Shown: positions 1 to 8,344 of the stretch, one piece after another | Layout: every line of letters begins with the position of its first letter | Numbering within the stretch: position 1 is the stretch's first letter | NCBI GenBank assembly: GCA_016188865.1 | Contig: JACPGX010000002.1 | Coordinates: forward strand, 2,398 to 66,397 | Direction of reading: 5' to 3' | Length of the DNA stretch: 64,000 nt | Origin: Candidatus Nealsonbacteria bacterium | Lineage (GTDB): Bacteria > Patescibacteriota > Minisyncoccia > Minisyncoccales > MHMH01 | Made by a program: the position numbers and the translations under genes | Notes under the pieces: generated by a model | What the model was told of the DNA's origin: nothing | Seen by the model: the letters and a program-made list of their open reading frames with translations, nothing else | Databases searched by the model: none

Positions 1-70
1 TCCGCCGGCAAATAGTCGAAAAAGCCTTAAAAGCTTTGCAGACAAAAGTTGAAAATCAAACAATCTTCTA
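1..70 (+). CDS. 3' end of an unidentified upstream ORF (partial, runs off the window)
   Basis: Frame open from the window edge, ending ...ALKALQTKVENQTIF then TAA at 68-70, followed by a terminator. Too short to name. Confidence 0.25.
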
Positions 71-71
71 A

Positions 72-95
72 AGCAGCCTTCGGGTTGCTTTTTTC
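72..95 (+). terminator. Rho-independent terminator
   Basis: Stem AGCAGCC / GGTTGCT around loop TTCG, followed by a T-run. Confidence 0.6.
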
Positions 96-154
96 TTTAA
101 TTTTTGTTATTTTTTCTAGACAGTTGCCCTTTAAAAATATTATAGGAGGCGGGA

Positions 155-481
155 ATGATAATAGAAGTGACAAAAGACAATTTCGAAACTGAAGTGCTGA
201 AAGAAACGGGAAAACCGGTAATGGTTGATTTCTGGGGACCTAAATGTTCTCACTGCCTGATTTTAATGCCTCACGTTGAAAAACTGGCCCATCAATATTC
301 AGCTAAGATAAAAGTGGTCAAAATGAATATGACCGGCAACGTTTTGTTTTGCGCAAAAGCCGGATTGAGAATCATGGGCCTGCCTACATTCATCTTTTTT
401 GAAAACGGCAAAGAAGTAAAAAGATTGACCGGGCAGGTAACCGTAGAAGAGCTGGAAAAAACCATGGAGGAAATATTATGA
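155..481 (+). CDS. trxA: Thioredoxin-family protein with an atypical redox motif (W-G-P-K-C-S-H-C)
   Basis: 108 aa with thioredoxin-fold layout (DFWGPKCSHC ... GLPTFIFF). AGGAGG RBS upstream. Stop overlaps the next gene's start (ATGA). Confidence 0.8.
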   Translation: MIIEVTKDNFETEVLKETGKPVMVDFWGPKCSHCLILMPHVEKLAHQYSAKIKVVKMNMTGNVLFCAKAGLRIMGLPTFIFFENGKEVKRLTGQVTVEELEKTMEEIL

Positions 482-1953
482 AGCCGGTAATTAAAAATTA
501 CGCTTATACTATGTATCACGTTCCGAATCTCGTAAGGTACGGCTCGAAACCAATGCGAGAGATAGAAAAAAATCCTGAGCTCTATCCCAAAATTCATGAG
601 CTGCTAAGAAGCTACTTTGAAGCGGTGTCTTATCCGCCTAATCAAGTTTTCATCGGCAACATTAAGCCCGATGATTTGAGAGCAATTCCCAGGCCATGGT
701 TCAAAAATCCTGCCGGCGCTTTTCGCTCCGGAAAATTCGGCGAAATATTTTCAGAAGACGAATTTTTGGGCCTATTAAAAATTGCTGATGTCCATGATTA
801 CGAGTTGATCTGGCTGGAAAAGACTTTTACCGCGCACGTAAAAAATGTTTTAAATGAAAATCCCATACTGCAGGAAACCGATCTCCAGAAAATCGGCGAA
901 GGCAAAAGCATTCAGGAAATAAAAGAAAAATTGGAAAAAGGCGAAAATTTTAGCCTTCCGCTTTTATACGAAAACATTTTGGTAGGGTGCTTCAATCGGT
1001 CAAAAGACGTCCACGCCCAAGAAGATGAGGCCCTAAGCCCCCACCATCTGATGGAAGGGCTTGTTGCCAAAGCCTCGGGAGCTTTAGCCCTAAAACATCT
1101 TATTAGAAGAGAAGGCATTGGTCCTGAAGAAATAGATTTTATTCTTAGCTGTTCGGAAGAAGCCATTGGCGACAGGTACAATCGAGGAGGCGGGAGTTTA
1201 GCCAAAGCTATGGGAGAAATGTGCGGCTGCCAAAATGCAACTGGCTCCGACATTAAATCATTTTGCGTCGGCCCAGTTTATGCTATAGTTTTTGCAGCCA
1301 GTTTGGTTAAAGCAGGGGTCGTTAAAAACGTGGCAGTAGTGGGCGGAGGATGCCTTGCAAAACTTGGAATGAAATTCCAGGGGCACCTTGCAAGCGGCAT
1401 GCCGATTATTGAAGATACCTTGGCGTCATTTGCCTTTCTGATTGCTGGAGATGACAAAAAAAGCCCGATCATCAGGCTGGACGCTATCGGAAAAAATAAT
1501 ATAAAAAACGCTGCGAAACCCGAAAGTGTAACAAGAGCAGTAGTTTTGGAACCGCTGCAAAAATTAGGCAAAAAAATTACCGACATTGATAAGTATGCAG
1601 TGCAGCTGGAAAACCCGGAAATTACAGAACCATCTAAAACCGGCGACGTGCCGAGAAAAAATTACGACACGATTGCGGCTTTAGCAGTTATGAATGGAGA
1701 AATTACTCCGGCCGATATGCCGGCTTTCAGGGAAAAACACGGCATGCCTGGATTTTCGCCAACGCAAGGCCATGTGCCCGCGGCCGTCCCTTATGTCGGA
1801 CACGCAGTGGAGGCAATGGAAAACGGCGAAATTAAAAACGCCATGTTTGTCGCGAGAGGCAGTTTCTTTCTGGGAAGAATGACCCAATTGGAAGACGGAA
1901 TGTCATTTATTATTGAAAAAAATCCGAAAAGAAAGGAGGTGAAAAATGTTTAA
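478..1953 (+). CDS. grdC: Glycine reductase complex component C beta-subunit-like protein (thiolase/FabH-like)
   Basis: The N-terminus (PVIKNYAYTMYHVPNLV...NPELYPKIHELLRSYFEAVSYPPNQVFIGN) matches my recollection of GrdC N-termini. Sits between trx and grdA and is translationally coupled to both. Confidence 0.6.
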   Translation: MKPVIKNYAYTMYHVPNLVRYGSKPMREIEKNPELYPKIHELLRSYFEAVSYPPNQVFIGNIKPDDLRAIPRPWFKNPAGAFRSGKFGEIFSEDEFLGLLKIADVHDYELIWLEKTFTAHVKNVLNENPILQETDLQKIGEGKSIQEIKEKLEKGENFSLPLLYENILVGCFNRSKDVHAQEDEALSPHHLMEGLVAKASGALALKHLIRREGIGPEEIDFILSCSEEAIGDRYNRGGGSLAKAMGEMCGCQNATGSDIKSFCVGPVYAIVFAASLVKAGVVKNVAVVGGGCLAKLGMKFQGHLASGMPIIEDTLASFAFLIAGDDKKSPIIRLDAIGKNNIKNAAKPESVTRAVVLEPLQKLGKKITDIDKYAVQLENPEITEPSKTGDVPRKNYDTIAALAVMNGEITPADMPAFREKHGMPGFSPTQGHVPAAVPYVGHAVEAMENGEIKNAMFVARGSFFLGRMTQLEDGMSFIIEKNPKRKEVKNV

Positions 1954-2419
1954 GGGAAAAAAGATAATAATCTTTGGGGAAAGAGATGAAATTCAGGGCG
2001 CATCAATTGAAAATTGCCTTAAAGCAGCCGGAGTCAAAGAGGAAAACATTATTTCTTCCATAACTGAATGTTTTGTCTGAACAGCGGCTGGGGCAATGAG
2101 TCTGGAATACCAAAACGCCGTCAAAGATCTGGCTTTTAAATATGGGCCAGAAAACTTAGTGGTTATGCTCGGCTTCCTGGATATGGACCTTATTGAAATC
2201 CAGGCCATAACCATGACTGATGGCGATCCTTCCGGAGTTGGCTCATTGTCTGGAGTCGCGTTGCGGCTCAAAGTCTATCATATTCTGGAACCGGAAATAA
2301 AATCGCAGATTCCTCAAGACGTTTATCAGGAACAAATCGGCCTGATGGCAATCACCGCAGGGCCTGAAAAAATAGCAAAAATAAGCGAATTATTGCAACA
2401 ATTAAGAACCACCCGATAG
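1946..2419 (+). CDS. grdA: Glycine/sarcosine/betaine reductase selenoprotein A (GrdA), with in-frame UGA (Sec) at 2078-2080
   Basis: ATG at 1946 after a GGAGGT RBS. Translation MFKGKKIIIFGERDEIQG...ITECFV-U-TAAGAMSLEYQNAVKDL...GDPS..G.L.GV.L.L.VYHILEPE matches the GrdA hallmark CFVUTAAGAM. The ORF track reports only the part after the UGA (2096..2419). Confidence 0.9.
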
Positions 2420-2430
2420 GTGGTTCTTTT
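2406..2430. terminator. Bidirectional terminator between grdA and prs
   Basis: GAACCACC / GGTGGTTC hairpin followed by TTTT. The grdA stop codon (TAG) lies in the loop and stem. Confidence 0.6.
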
Positions 2431-3280
2431 ACTTGAGATTATCGGCAATTAAACGGCTTATATCAACGTTCGCTTCTTTGATTTTAACAGTATTGGTTAA
2501 ATAAAGTTTAAAAAACTTATTTTTCACTCTTTTAACGCCCGCTTTAAAGGGAGCGTGAGTGATTAAAGCAATTACCTTAGAAGCTCCGGAAGCGCTGGCA
2601 TAGTCGTAGAATTTGGAAAGGGTGCCTCCGGTTGCCAGAATGTCATCGATAACACCTATTACTCCTCCCCGAAAAATGATTTGCGATGGATAAAAATCCA
2701 CCCCAAAAGAATCAATCCTCTTTTTGTTTAAACCTGAAATTCCGGTCCTTCTTTTCCCGCCCCTGTCCGGAGACAAAAATAATATATCCTGGCCGAAGTC
2801 TTCTCTGGCTTTTTGCATCAAAAGATGGGCCGCTGAAACGCTTATTACCGGATATTTTTTAAGCCAGGGCATTTTCCCAAAATGCGGATCAATTGCATAA
2901 ATTTTCCTGACCTTGTAATATTTTACTGCTTTTTTTATAAGATTTTCGGCAGCGTTAGTTTCTCCGCGCTGAAATACTTTATCCTGCCGGCTATAGGGAA
3001 AATATGTAAAAAATAACTCTGGCCTTATCTTATGGTCTTTTAAAATTTGCAAAATCAAATCCAATTCCATCAAACCGTTGTTGGGATTGGGAGCTCCCGA
3101 ATGCAAAACAATTATCCTTCTATTTTTAAAACTGTTTATCCCAGATAATCTCATGTAAACTTCCCCGTCGGGAAAAAAACGCTTGCCTTCCTTGTTTTTT
3201 TCGGGAAAAATCAATTCAAAACTTTCTAAGTTTTTCGCCAAATGTTCAGCCGCAGATGTAAAAATTATAAGAGGCCTCAT
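2429..3280 (-). CDS. prs: Ribose-phosphate pyrophosphokinase (PRPP synthetase)
   Basis: Motifs FPDGE, PYSRQDK and the PRPP-binding loop VIDDILATGGT. Confidence 0.8.
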   Translation of the reverse strand: MRPLIIFTSAAEHLAKNLESFELIFPEKNKEGKRFFPDGEVYMRLSGINSFKNRRIIVLHSGAPNPNNGLMELDLILQILKDHKIRPELFFTYFPYSRQDKVFQRGETNAAENLIKKAVKYYKVRKIYAIDPHFGKMPWLKKYPVISVSAAHLLMQKAREDFGQDILFLSPDRGGKRRTGISGLNKKRIDSFGVDFYPSQIIFRGGVIGVIDDILATGGTLSKFYDYASASGASKVIALITHAPFKAGVKRVKNKFFKLYLTNTVKIKEANVDISRLIADNLK

Positions 3281-3810
3281 TAATATTGCAGCAAAGATCT
3301 TATTTTTTGCCCCTTAATATTTTTTCTTCCTTTTAAATAAGTCAACTCAATAAGAAAATTAACTCCCACAATTTTTCCCTTAAGCTGTTTGACTAGATCA
3401 ATAGCGGCTTTCATTGTTCCGCCGGTAGCTAAAACATCGTCAACAATGACAACTTTTTCTCCCGGCAGAATAGCATCTTCATGCATTTCAAGAACATTGC
3501 TGGCATATTCCAGAGAATATTCCCTGGAAACAGTTTTAGCCGGAAGCTTTCCTTTTTTTCTGACAATCGCTAACCCCGTCTTGAATTTATAAGCTGAAGC
3601 GGCAGCCAGTATAAAACCTCTAGCGTCAATGCCGACAATCTTATCAACTTTTTTCCCGGAATAAGGAGCAATCAAAAAATCAATCATTTTATGGAAAAGA
3701 TTCTTATCCTGCAGCAGGGGGGTGATATCTTTAAAATTAACTCCTTTATGCGGCCAATCGGGAATTTCCCTGATTTTAGATTTAATTTCCGAAAGAAGTT
3801 TTGTCCGCAT
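3280..3810 (-). CDS. apt: Adenine phosphoribosyltransferase
   Basis: 176 aa. VVIVDDVLATGGTMKAAIDLV PRTase motif and typical Apt N-terminus (IPDWPHKGVNFKDITPLL). Confidence 0.9.
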   Translation of the reverse strand: MRTKLLSEIKSKIREIPDWPHKGVNFKDITPLLQDKNLFHKMIDFLIAPYSGKKVDKIVGIDARGFILAAASAYKFKTGLAIVRKKGKLPAKTVSREYSLEYASNVLEMHEDAILPGEKVVIVDDVLATGGTMKAAIDLVKQLKGKIVGVNFLIELTYLKGRKNIKGQKIRSLLQY

Positions 3811-3815
3811 TCTAT

Positions 3816-4898
3816 TTAAATCTTAAAACTTTTAAACACCTCTTTGCAAAAATTGTGATTTCTTTTAACTTTTGGTAAAAAATAGAAGTTATCCCTAAGA
3901 TTTTCGTAATCATCTGGGATGATTCCGTATTCTATATCTTTTTTTATTTGCTGAGGCGCCTCAATGCCTCTTACCCACGTTCTAATGGTTGCCCAGTTTA
4001 CTTTTTGATGACGCGATAAGGCCCTAAATGACATTTGCTTCTTTCCAAAAACACGCAAACAATCCCAATATAGATTAGTATCATAAGTGTACTTTCGGAG
4101 GCATCTTACCATCTCTGTTAATTTATTTCTTTTATAAGCAATACTAAAGTTAATCAATTCTCTATACTTTTTAAGGTTACGATACAAAGAAACAACTAAT
4201 TGATCTGGATTATTTTTCTTATGGTATGTCTTGCTTTGAATGCCAAGTTCTAATAATAATTTTTGGATTTTTTTTAAAATTATCTCGTCATTTTGCGTTA
4301 TAACAATTTGATGTCTGTGGTTAGTGTTATCAACGCAACCCTCGGCATCGGCGAATCCTCGAATAAAGTTTGCTTTTACTTTTTTATTTCCATTTATTAT
4401 ATAATTGGGTATTGTTCTAGAATCTCCCATCATCTTTTTAATTCTTTTTACTACCAAAACCCTGTGGACATCGCAAATAAAAATACCCTCTCCTCCTCTA
4501 AGAATTGGTTCTAAACGATAGGCCTTTTTTATATATCTAGCAAATTTATCTCTAAAGTCTTTTTGAGTAACTTTAAGTCGAACGCCATTAGAACTCAGGT
4601 GTCCATCTCCCATCACTGCCCCAATAATATAAGCTTCGGCTACTTTTTCTTCAGTAGAATAAGGATGGTGAAATGATTTTGGTAAATTTTTTTTATTAAA
4701 TCTGCCGCGGAAATATGCAAATTTCTGAGCTTCCGCATTGTCTCTAATTTTTATGCCTGCTTTTCTAAGTTTATTGTAAATAGTTACCTTATTGATACCC
4801 AATTTCTCAGCGATTTCAACGCCAGTCATTCGTTGATAAAGTTTTCCTATGGAAATAGAAAAAGAGTCTTTGGTGTGATTTTGAAGTTTATTTAGCAT
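3816..4898 (-). CDS. Free-standing LAGLIDADG-type homing-endonuclease-like protein with flanking HTH segments
   Basis: Two LAGLIDADG motifs (YIIGAVMGDGHL and FIRGFADAEGCV). N-terminal HTH (VEIAEKLGINKVTIYNKLRKAG) and a C-terminal HTH-like segment. Confidence 0.8.
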   Translation of the reverse strand: MLNKLQNHTKDSFSISIGKLYQRMTGVEIAEKLGINKVTIYNKLRKAGIKIRDNAEAQKFAYFRGRFNKKNLPKSFHHPYSTEEKVAEAYIIGAVMGDGHLSSNGVRLKVTQKDFRDKFARYIKKAYRLEPILRGGEGIFICDVHRVLVVKRIKKMMGDSRTIPNYIINGNKKVKANFIRGFADAEGCVDNTNHRHQIVITQNDEIILKKIQKLLLELGIQSKTYHKKNNPDQLVVSLYRNLKKYRELINFSIAYKRNKLTEMVRCLRKYTYDTNLYWDCLRVFGKKQMSFRALSRHQKVNWATIRTWVRGIEAPQQIKKDIEYGIIPDDYENLRDNFYFLPKVKRNHNFCKEVFKSFKI

Positions 4899-5706
4899 CT
4901 TTAAGAATGTTTCGACAGGGGCAAACCCTCTGAGAAGGAATTTTTAGTATTGATTGCTTAAGAATCTCCCGAAGTTTCACCATATTTGTCTTCATCGTGT
5001 TTAAAATTCTTTCCCAACTGACTTCTCTCCCCGTCTTCCAGACATCCCAATCGGTAACGCTGGCAAGAGATGAATAACAAATTTCCAATTCTCTAGCTAA
5101 ATTGACTTCGGGGATTAGGGTCATACCAACGATATCGGCGAAATTCCTGAAAAACTTTGATTCCGCCTTAGTTGAAAATCTTGGTCCTTCGATGCAAATG
5201 TAAGTTCCATTTTGATGAATAGAAATATTTAATTTTTTACCTGCTTGGTAAAGAAGTCTAGCTAATTCAGGACAAAAAGGATCGGCCGATGTAATATGAA
5301 CTGTCTCCTTGTCGTAAAAAGTATAATCTCTCTTTTTGGTAAAATCGATGAACTGGTCAGAAGTAACAATATCTCCCGGCTTAAATTCCCTTTTAAGGGA
5401 ACCGACTGCTCCGACTCCAATAATTCTTTCCACTCCCAACTTCTTCAAAGCCCAGATATTCGCTCTTTGGGGAACTTTGTGTGGAGGAAACTGGTGTTTT
5501 TTCCCATGGCGGGATAAAAAAGCGACCTTCTTCCCGTGAAAATCAGCGATGGTAATCGGCGATGATGGATAACCGAAAGGAGTTTTGATATTAACCTCTT
5601 TAATCTTTTTGAAGAATTTCGGATCCTCTAATCCGCTTCCGCCAATAATGGCAATTTTGGGATTAGATTTTAAATAATTTTCTGGCATTTTGAGTTGTGG
5701 CATCAA
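4888..5706 (-). CDS. mtnP: S-methyl-5'-thioadenosine / purine nucleoside phosphorylase
   Basis: PNP/MTAP family pattern (IAIIGGSGL ... FLSRHG..H...P..V..RANIWALK.LGV). The start may be a few codons downstream, since the ORF overlaps tatD. Confidence 0.8.
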   Translation of the reverse strand: MMPQLKMPENYLKSNPKIAIIGGSGLEDPKFFKKIKEVNIKTPFGYPSSPITIADFHGKKVAFLSRHGKKHQFPPHKVPQRANIWALKKLGVERIIGVGAVGSLKREFKPGDIVTSDQFIDFTKKRDYTFYDKETVHITSADPFCPELARLLYQAGKKLNISIHQNGTYICIEGPRFSTKAESKFFRNFADIVGMTLIPEVNLARELEICYSSLASVTDWDVWKTGREVSWERILNTMKTNMVKLREILKQSILKIPSQRVCPCRNILKDAK

Positions 5707-6400
5707 TTATTTCTTCATAACTCAAATTTTTAACTTTGGCAATCTTTTCTGCAATATATTTTGTATAAATAGGCTCATTGCGACCGAATACTGAAGGAGG
5801 CGTTAAATATGGGCAGTCCGTTTCCAGTAAAATTTTATCTAAAGGAGCTTTGGCAATAACCTCGTCTAAATTCATCTTGAAAATTATTCCATTAAATCCC
5901 AAATATAGCCCCATATCGATATATCTTTGCGCCTCTCCCCATGTTCCGGTAAAACAATGGATGACTCCTGTTCGAATGTTCGATTGTTCGAGTGTTCGAA
6001 TGAGATCGTTGTGGGCTAATCGGCAATGGAAAATTACCGGCAAATTCACTTCTCTTGCCAACTCCACCTGCCTCAGCAAGACTTCTTTTTGTTTCTCCTT
6101 AAAAGGCAAATATTCTGCTTTATAGTCAAGGCCAATTTCTCCAACTGCCACCGCTGAATTAGCCAGTTCTTTATATTTTTGGTATTCAAACTCCTCTCCC
6201 ACATGAATCGGATGGAGCCCCACTGCCGCATATACCCCTTCTTTATATTTTCCAGCTATTTCCACCGCGCGCTTGCTCGTGGTGTATTGCGAGCCGACAT
6301 TAATCATCCAAATATTTTCAGCCAAAGACCGCCGAATCACTTCTTCGGAATCATCTTTATAGGCGTTGAAATTAACGTGAGCGTGAGTATCGATAATCAT
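5663..6400 (-). CDS. tatD: TatD-family metal-dependent hydrolase
   Basis: MIIDTHAHVNF, GEIGLDY, HCR, HCFTG and ETDCPYL motifs. Confidence 0.85.
   Translation of the reverse strand: MIIDTHAHVNFNAYKDDSEEVIRRSLAENIWMINVGSQYTTSKRAVEIAGKYKEGVYAAVGLHPIHVGEEFEYQKYKELANSAVAVGEIGLDYKAEYLPFKEKQKEVLLRQVELAREVNLPVIFHCRLAHNDLIRTLEQSNIRTGVIHCFTGTWGEAQRYIDMGLYLGFNGIIFKMNLDEVIAKAPLDKILLETDCPYLTPPSVFGRNEPIYTKYIAEKIAKVKNLSYEEIIDATTQNARKLFKI
5969..6000. repeat. Octanucleotide tandem repeat (TGTTCGAN x4) inside tatD
   Basis: tgttcgaa tgttcgat tgttcgag tgttcgaa. Encodes IRTLEQSNIRTG in the variable linker of TatD. Confidence 0.9.
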
Positions 6401-6476
6401 ACTTAAAATATTAACAAAAATTTATACAAATAAAAGGGGGGTCGTCTAAGACTATACCCCCCTTTTGCCGAATTTT

Positions 6477-7124
6477 TTATGGAAATTCTACGCGAGGACA
6501 ATACTTTTTGTAGAATACGTGCACCATTAAAGCAATGGTGTATATTATATCTTTAATTCCCCTAAATAATACCTTAAGAACTGTCCATGGCAAGAAAAGT
6601 ATCTTGCGAATGACGGATGATCGTCTCGGCTTTGCTTGTTTTGAGGCCGACACTGCCAGTCGTTTTTCATGTTTTCTCTGTTTTTCTTCTTCTTTTTCCA
6701 AATACCACCTTGTATGTTTAACTCTTTCGATCGCAAATGATATTGCAAACGGTAAACTGATAAATGCTATGACAGCGCCTAACCATATCAGCGTTTTCAG
6801 CCAATCTTCCCTTGCCAAAACTACTATCAAACCAAGGAGTGTCAATCCGACCAGCACATAAAACAACACTAGTAGAATTTTGCCCGTTACTCTCATCGGC
6901 TTGCTGCCAAAGAATCTGCGAGCGCGGCCTTGGCCGAAAACCAATCTGATGAGCCAGCCCAATAAAACAACCGGCAAACCGGGGACTATCCCCACAAAAG
7001 CTACCCAGAAGGGACCGCAGAAATTAGCCGGCCAAGGATGGGGAACCGTTGCGCCAAATCCTCCGGCAACAAATCTGTAAACTGCCCCGATAACGGCAAC
7101 TATCCAATCAGGAACTCTATGCAT
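6477..7124 (-). CDS. Hypothetical multi-pass membrane protein
   Basis: Several hydrophobic helices plus a K/E/R-rich segment. No recognisable family. Confidence 0.5.
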   Translation of the reverse strand: MHRVPDWIVAVIGAVYRFVAGGFGATVPHPWPANFCGPFWVAFVGIVPGLPVVLLGWLIRLVFGQGRARRFFGSKPMRVTGKILLVLFYVLVGLTLLGLIVVLAREDWLKTLIWLGAVIAFISLPFAISFAIERVKHTRWYLEKEEEKQRKHEKRLAVSASKQAKPRRSSVIRKILFLPWTVLKVLFRGIKDIIYTIALMVHVFYKKYCPRVEFP

Positions 7125-7192
7125 TTCTTGCTCCTCCTATATTATATTTATTACTAAGAAAGTGTACCAAAAAATAATAATTCTGTCAAGGT

Positions 7193-8344
7193 CTAAAGTT
7201 TGCCAACTAAAATATCTTTTCTGATTTTTTGCATTAAACCGAGAGTGAAATAAAGATTATGAATAGTGGCTAATCTATAATATAGGAGTTCTTTGGCTCT
7301 AAAAAGATGCGATAAATAAGCCCGGGTGAAATTTTGACAGGTATAACAACCGCACTTCTTCTCAATGGCATGGAAATCTTTAATATATCGGGAATTTCCT
7401 ATATTCAAGCGGCCATTTTTTATCAGTAAAGTTCCTCTTCTGGCTAATCTTGTGGGCCAGACGCAATCAAATAGATCCATACCGTGCTTTACGCAATTTT
7501 CCAAATCTTCCGGCCGGCCTATACCCAAAAGATGGCGAGGTTTTTCTTCAGGCAATAATGGCGTAATCCACTTTAAAATTTTAAACATGTCTTTTTGTGT
7601 TTTTCCCAAAGAACCGCCAATGCCAATGCCATCAAAAGGCAAGGATGAAATGAATTTAGTGCTTTCTTCTCTTAAATCTTTATACTCTCCGCCTTGGATT
7701 ATCCCAAACAAAGCCTGTTCCCGCTTTTTTTTAACCTTTAAGCACCGCAAGGCCCAATTATGCGTTTTTTTTAAAGATTTTTTAGTATATTCATAATCAG
7801 CTAAAGGAGAGGTGCATTCGTCAAAGGCAAAAATAATATCGGCTCCCAAATCTTCTTGTATTTTAATGGATTTTTCCGGAGTAAAAATATGCTTTGAGCC
7901 GTCTAAATGAGAGGTAAATTCTACGCCATCGTCAGTAATTTTTACCAATTTAAGAGGTCCGACCTCCCGAGGAGGTCGGACCTCCTCATATCCCGGAAAC
8001 CACCCAATTTTTCCTATCTGGTGTACCTTGCCCCAGCCTAAAGAAAAAACTTGAAAACCTCCGCTGTCAGTAACCATCGGTCCCGGCCAGTTCATGAATT
8101 TATGGAGCCCGCCGGCTTTTTTTATAACATCCGCTCCCGGTCTCAAATAAAGATGATAAGTATTGGCTAAAATAATTTCGGCTCCCAAATTTTTCAAGTC
8201 TTCGGGCGTTAAACTCTTAACGCTGGCTTGCGTAGCTACTGAAACAAAAGCAGGAGTTTCAATCCTGCCGTGAGGCGTCTCTAAAATACCAGCTCTCGCC
8301 CAAGACTTCTTAGATTTTTTAACAATTTTAAATCTAAATTGCAT
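7193..8344 (-). CDS. tgt: Queuine tRNA-ribosyltransferase (tRNA-guanine transglycosylase)
   Basis: TPAFVSVATQASVK, VTDSGGFQVFSL and the C-terminal Zn motif CGCYTC. Confidence 0.9.
   Translation of the reverse strand: MQFRFKIVKKSKKSWARAGILETPHGRIETPAFVSVATQASVKSLTPEDLKNLGAEIILANTYHLYLRPGADVIKKAGGLHKFMNWPGPMVTDSGGFQVFSLGWGKVHQIGKIGWFPGYEEVRPPREVGPLKLVKITDDGVEFTSHLDGSKHIFTPEKSIKIQEDLGADIIFAFDECTSPLADYEYTKKSLKKTHNWALRCLKVKKKREQALFGIIQGGEYKDLREESTKFISSLPFDGIGIGGSLGKTQKDMFKILKWITPLLPEEKPRHLLGIGRPEDLENCVKHGMDLFDCVWPTRLARRGTLLIKNGRLNIGNSRYIKDFHAIEKKCGCYTCQNFTRAYLSHLFRAKELLYYRLATIHNLYFTLGLMQKIRKDILVGKL
7954..7985. repeat. GC-rich palindromic element (short form), in-frame inside tgt
   Basis: GAGGTCCGACCTCC-cga-GGAGGTCGGACCTCC. 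Read on the minus strand it encodes EEVRPPREVGPLK. Confidence 0.85.

Noticed and set aside
2078-2080. Possibility that TGA is reassigned genome-wide (code 4 or code 25), as in some candidate phyla
   Set aside because: Many long ORFs in the window terminate at TGA at sensible positions (for example trx at 479-481, smpB at 34134-34136). The only read-through needed is at the known Sec position of GrdA.
3816-4898. LAGLIDADG ORF as an intein
   Set aside because: It is a separate ORF with its own start. It is not embedded in-frame within a host protein, and the flanking MTAP and Apt proteins look complete.
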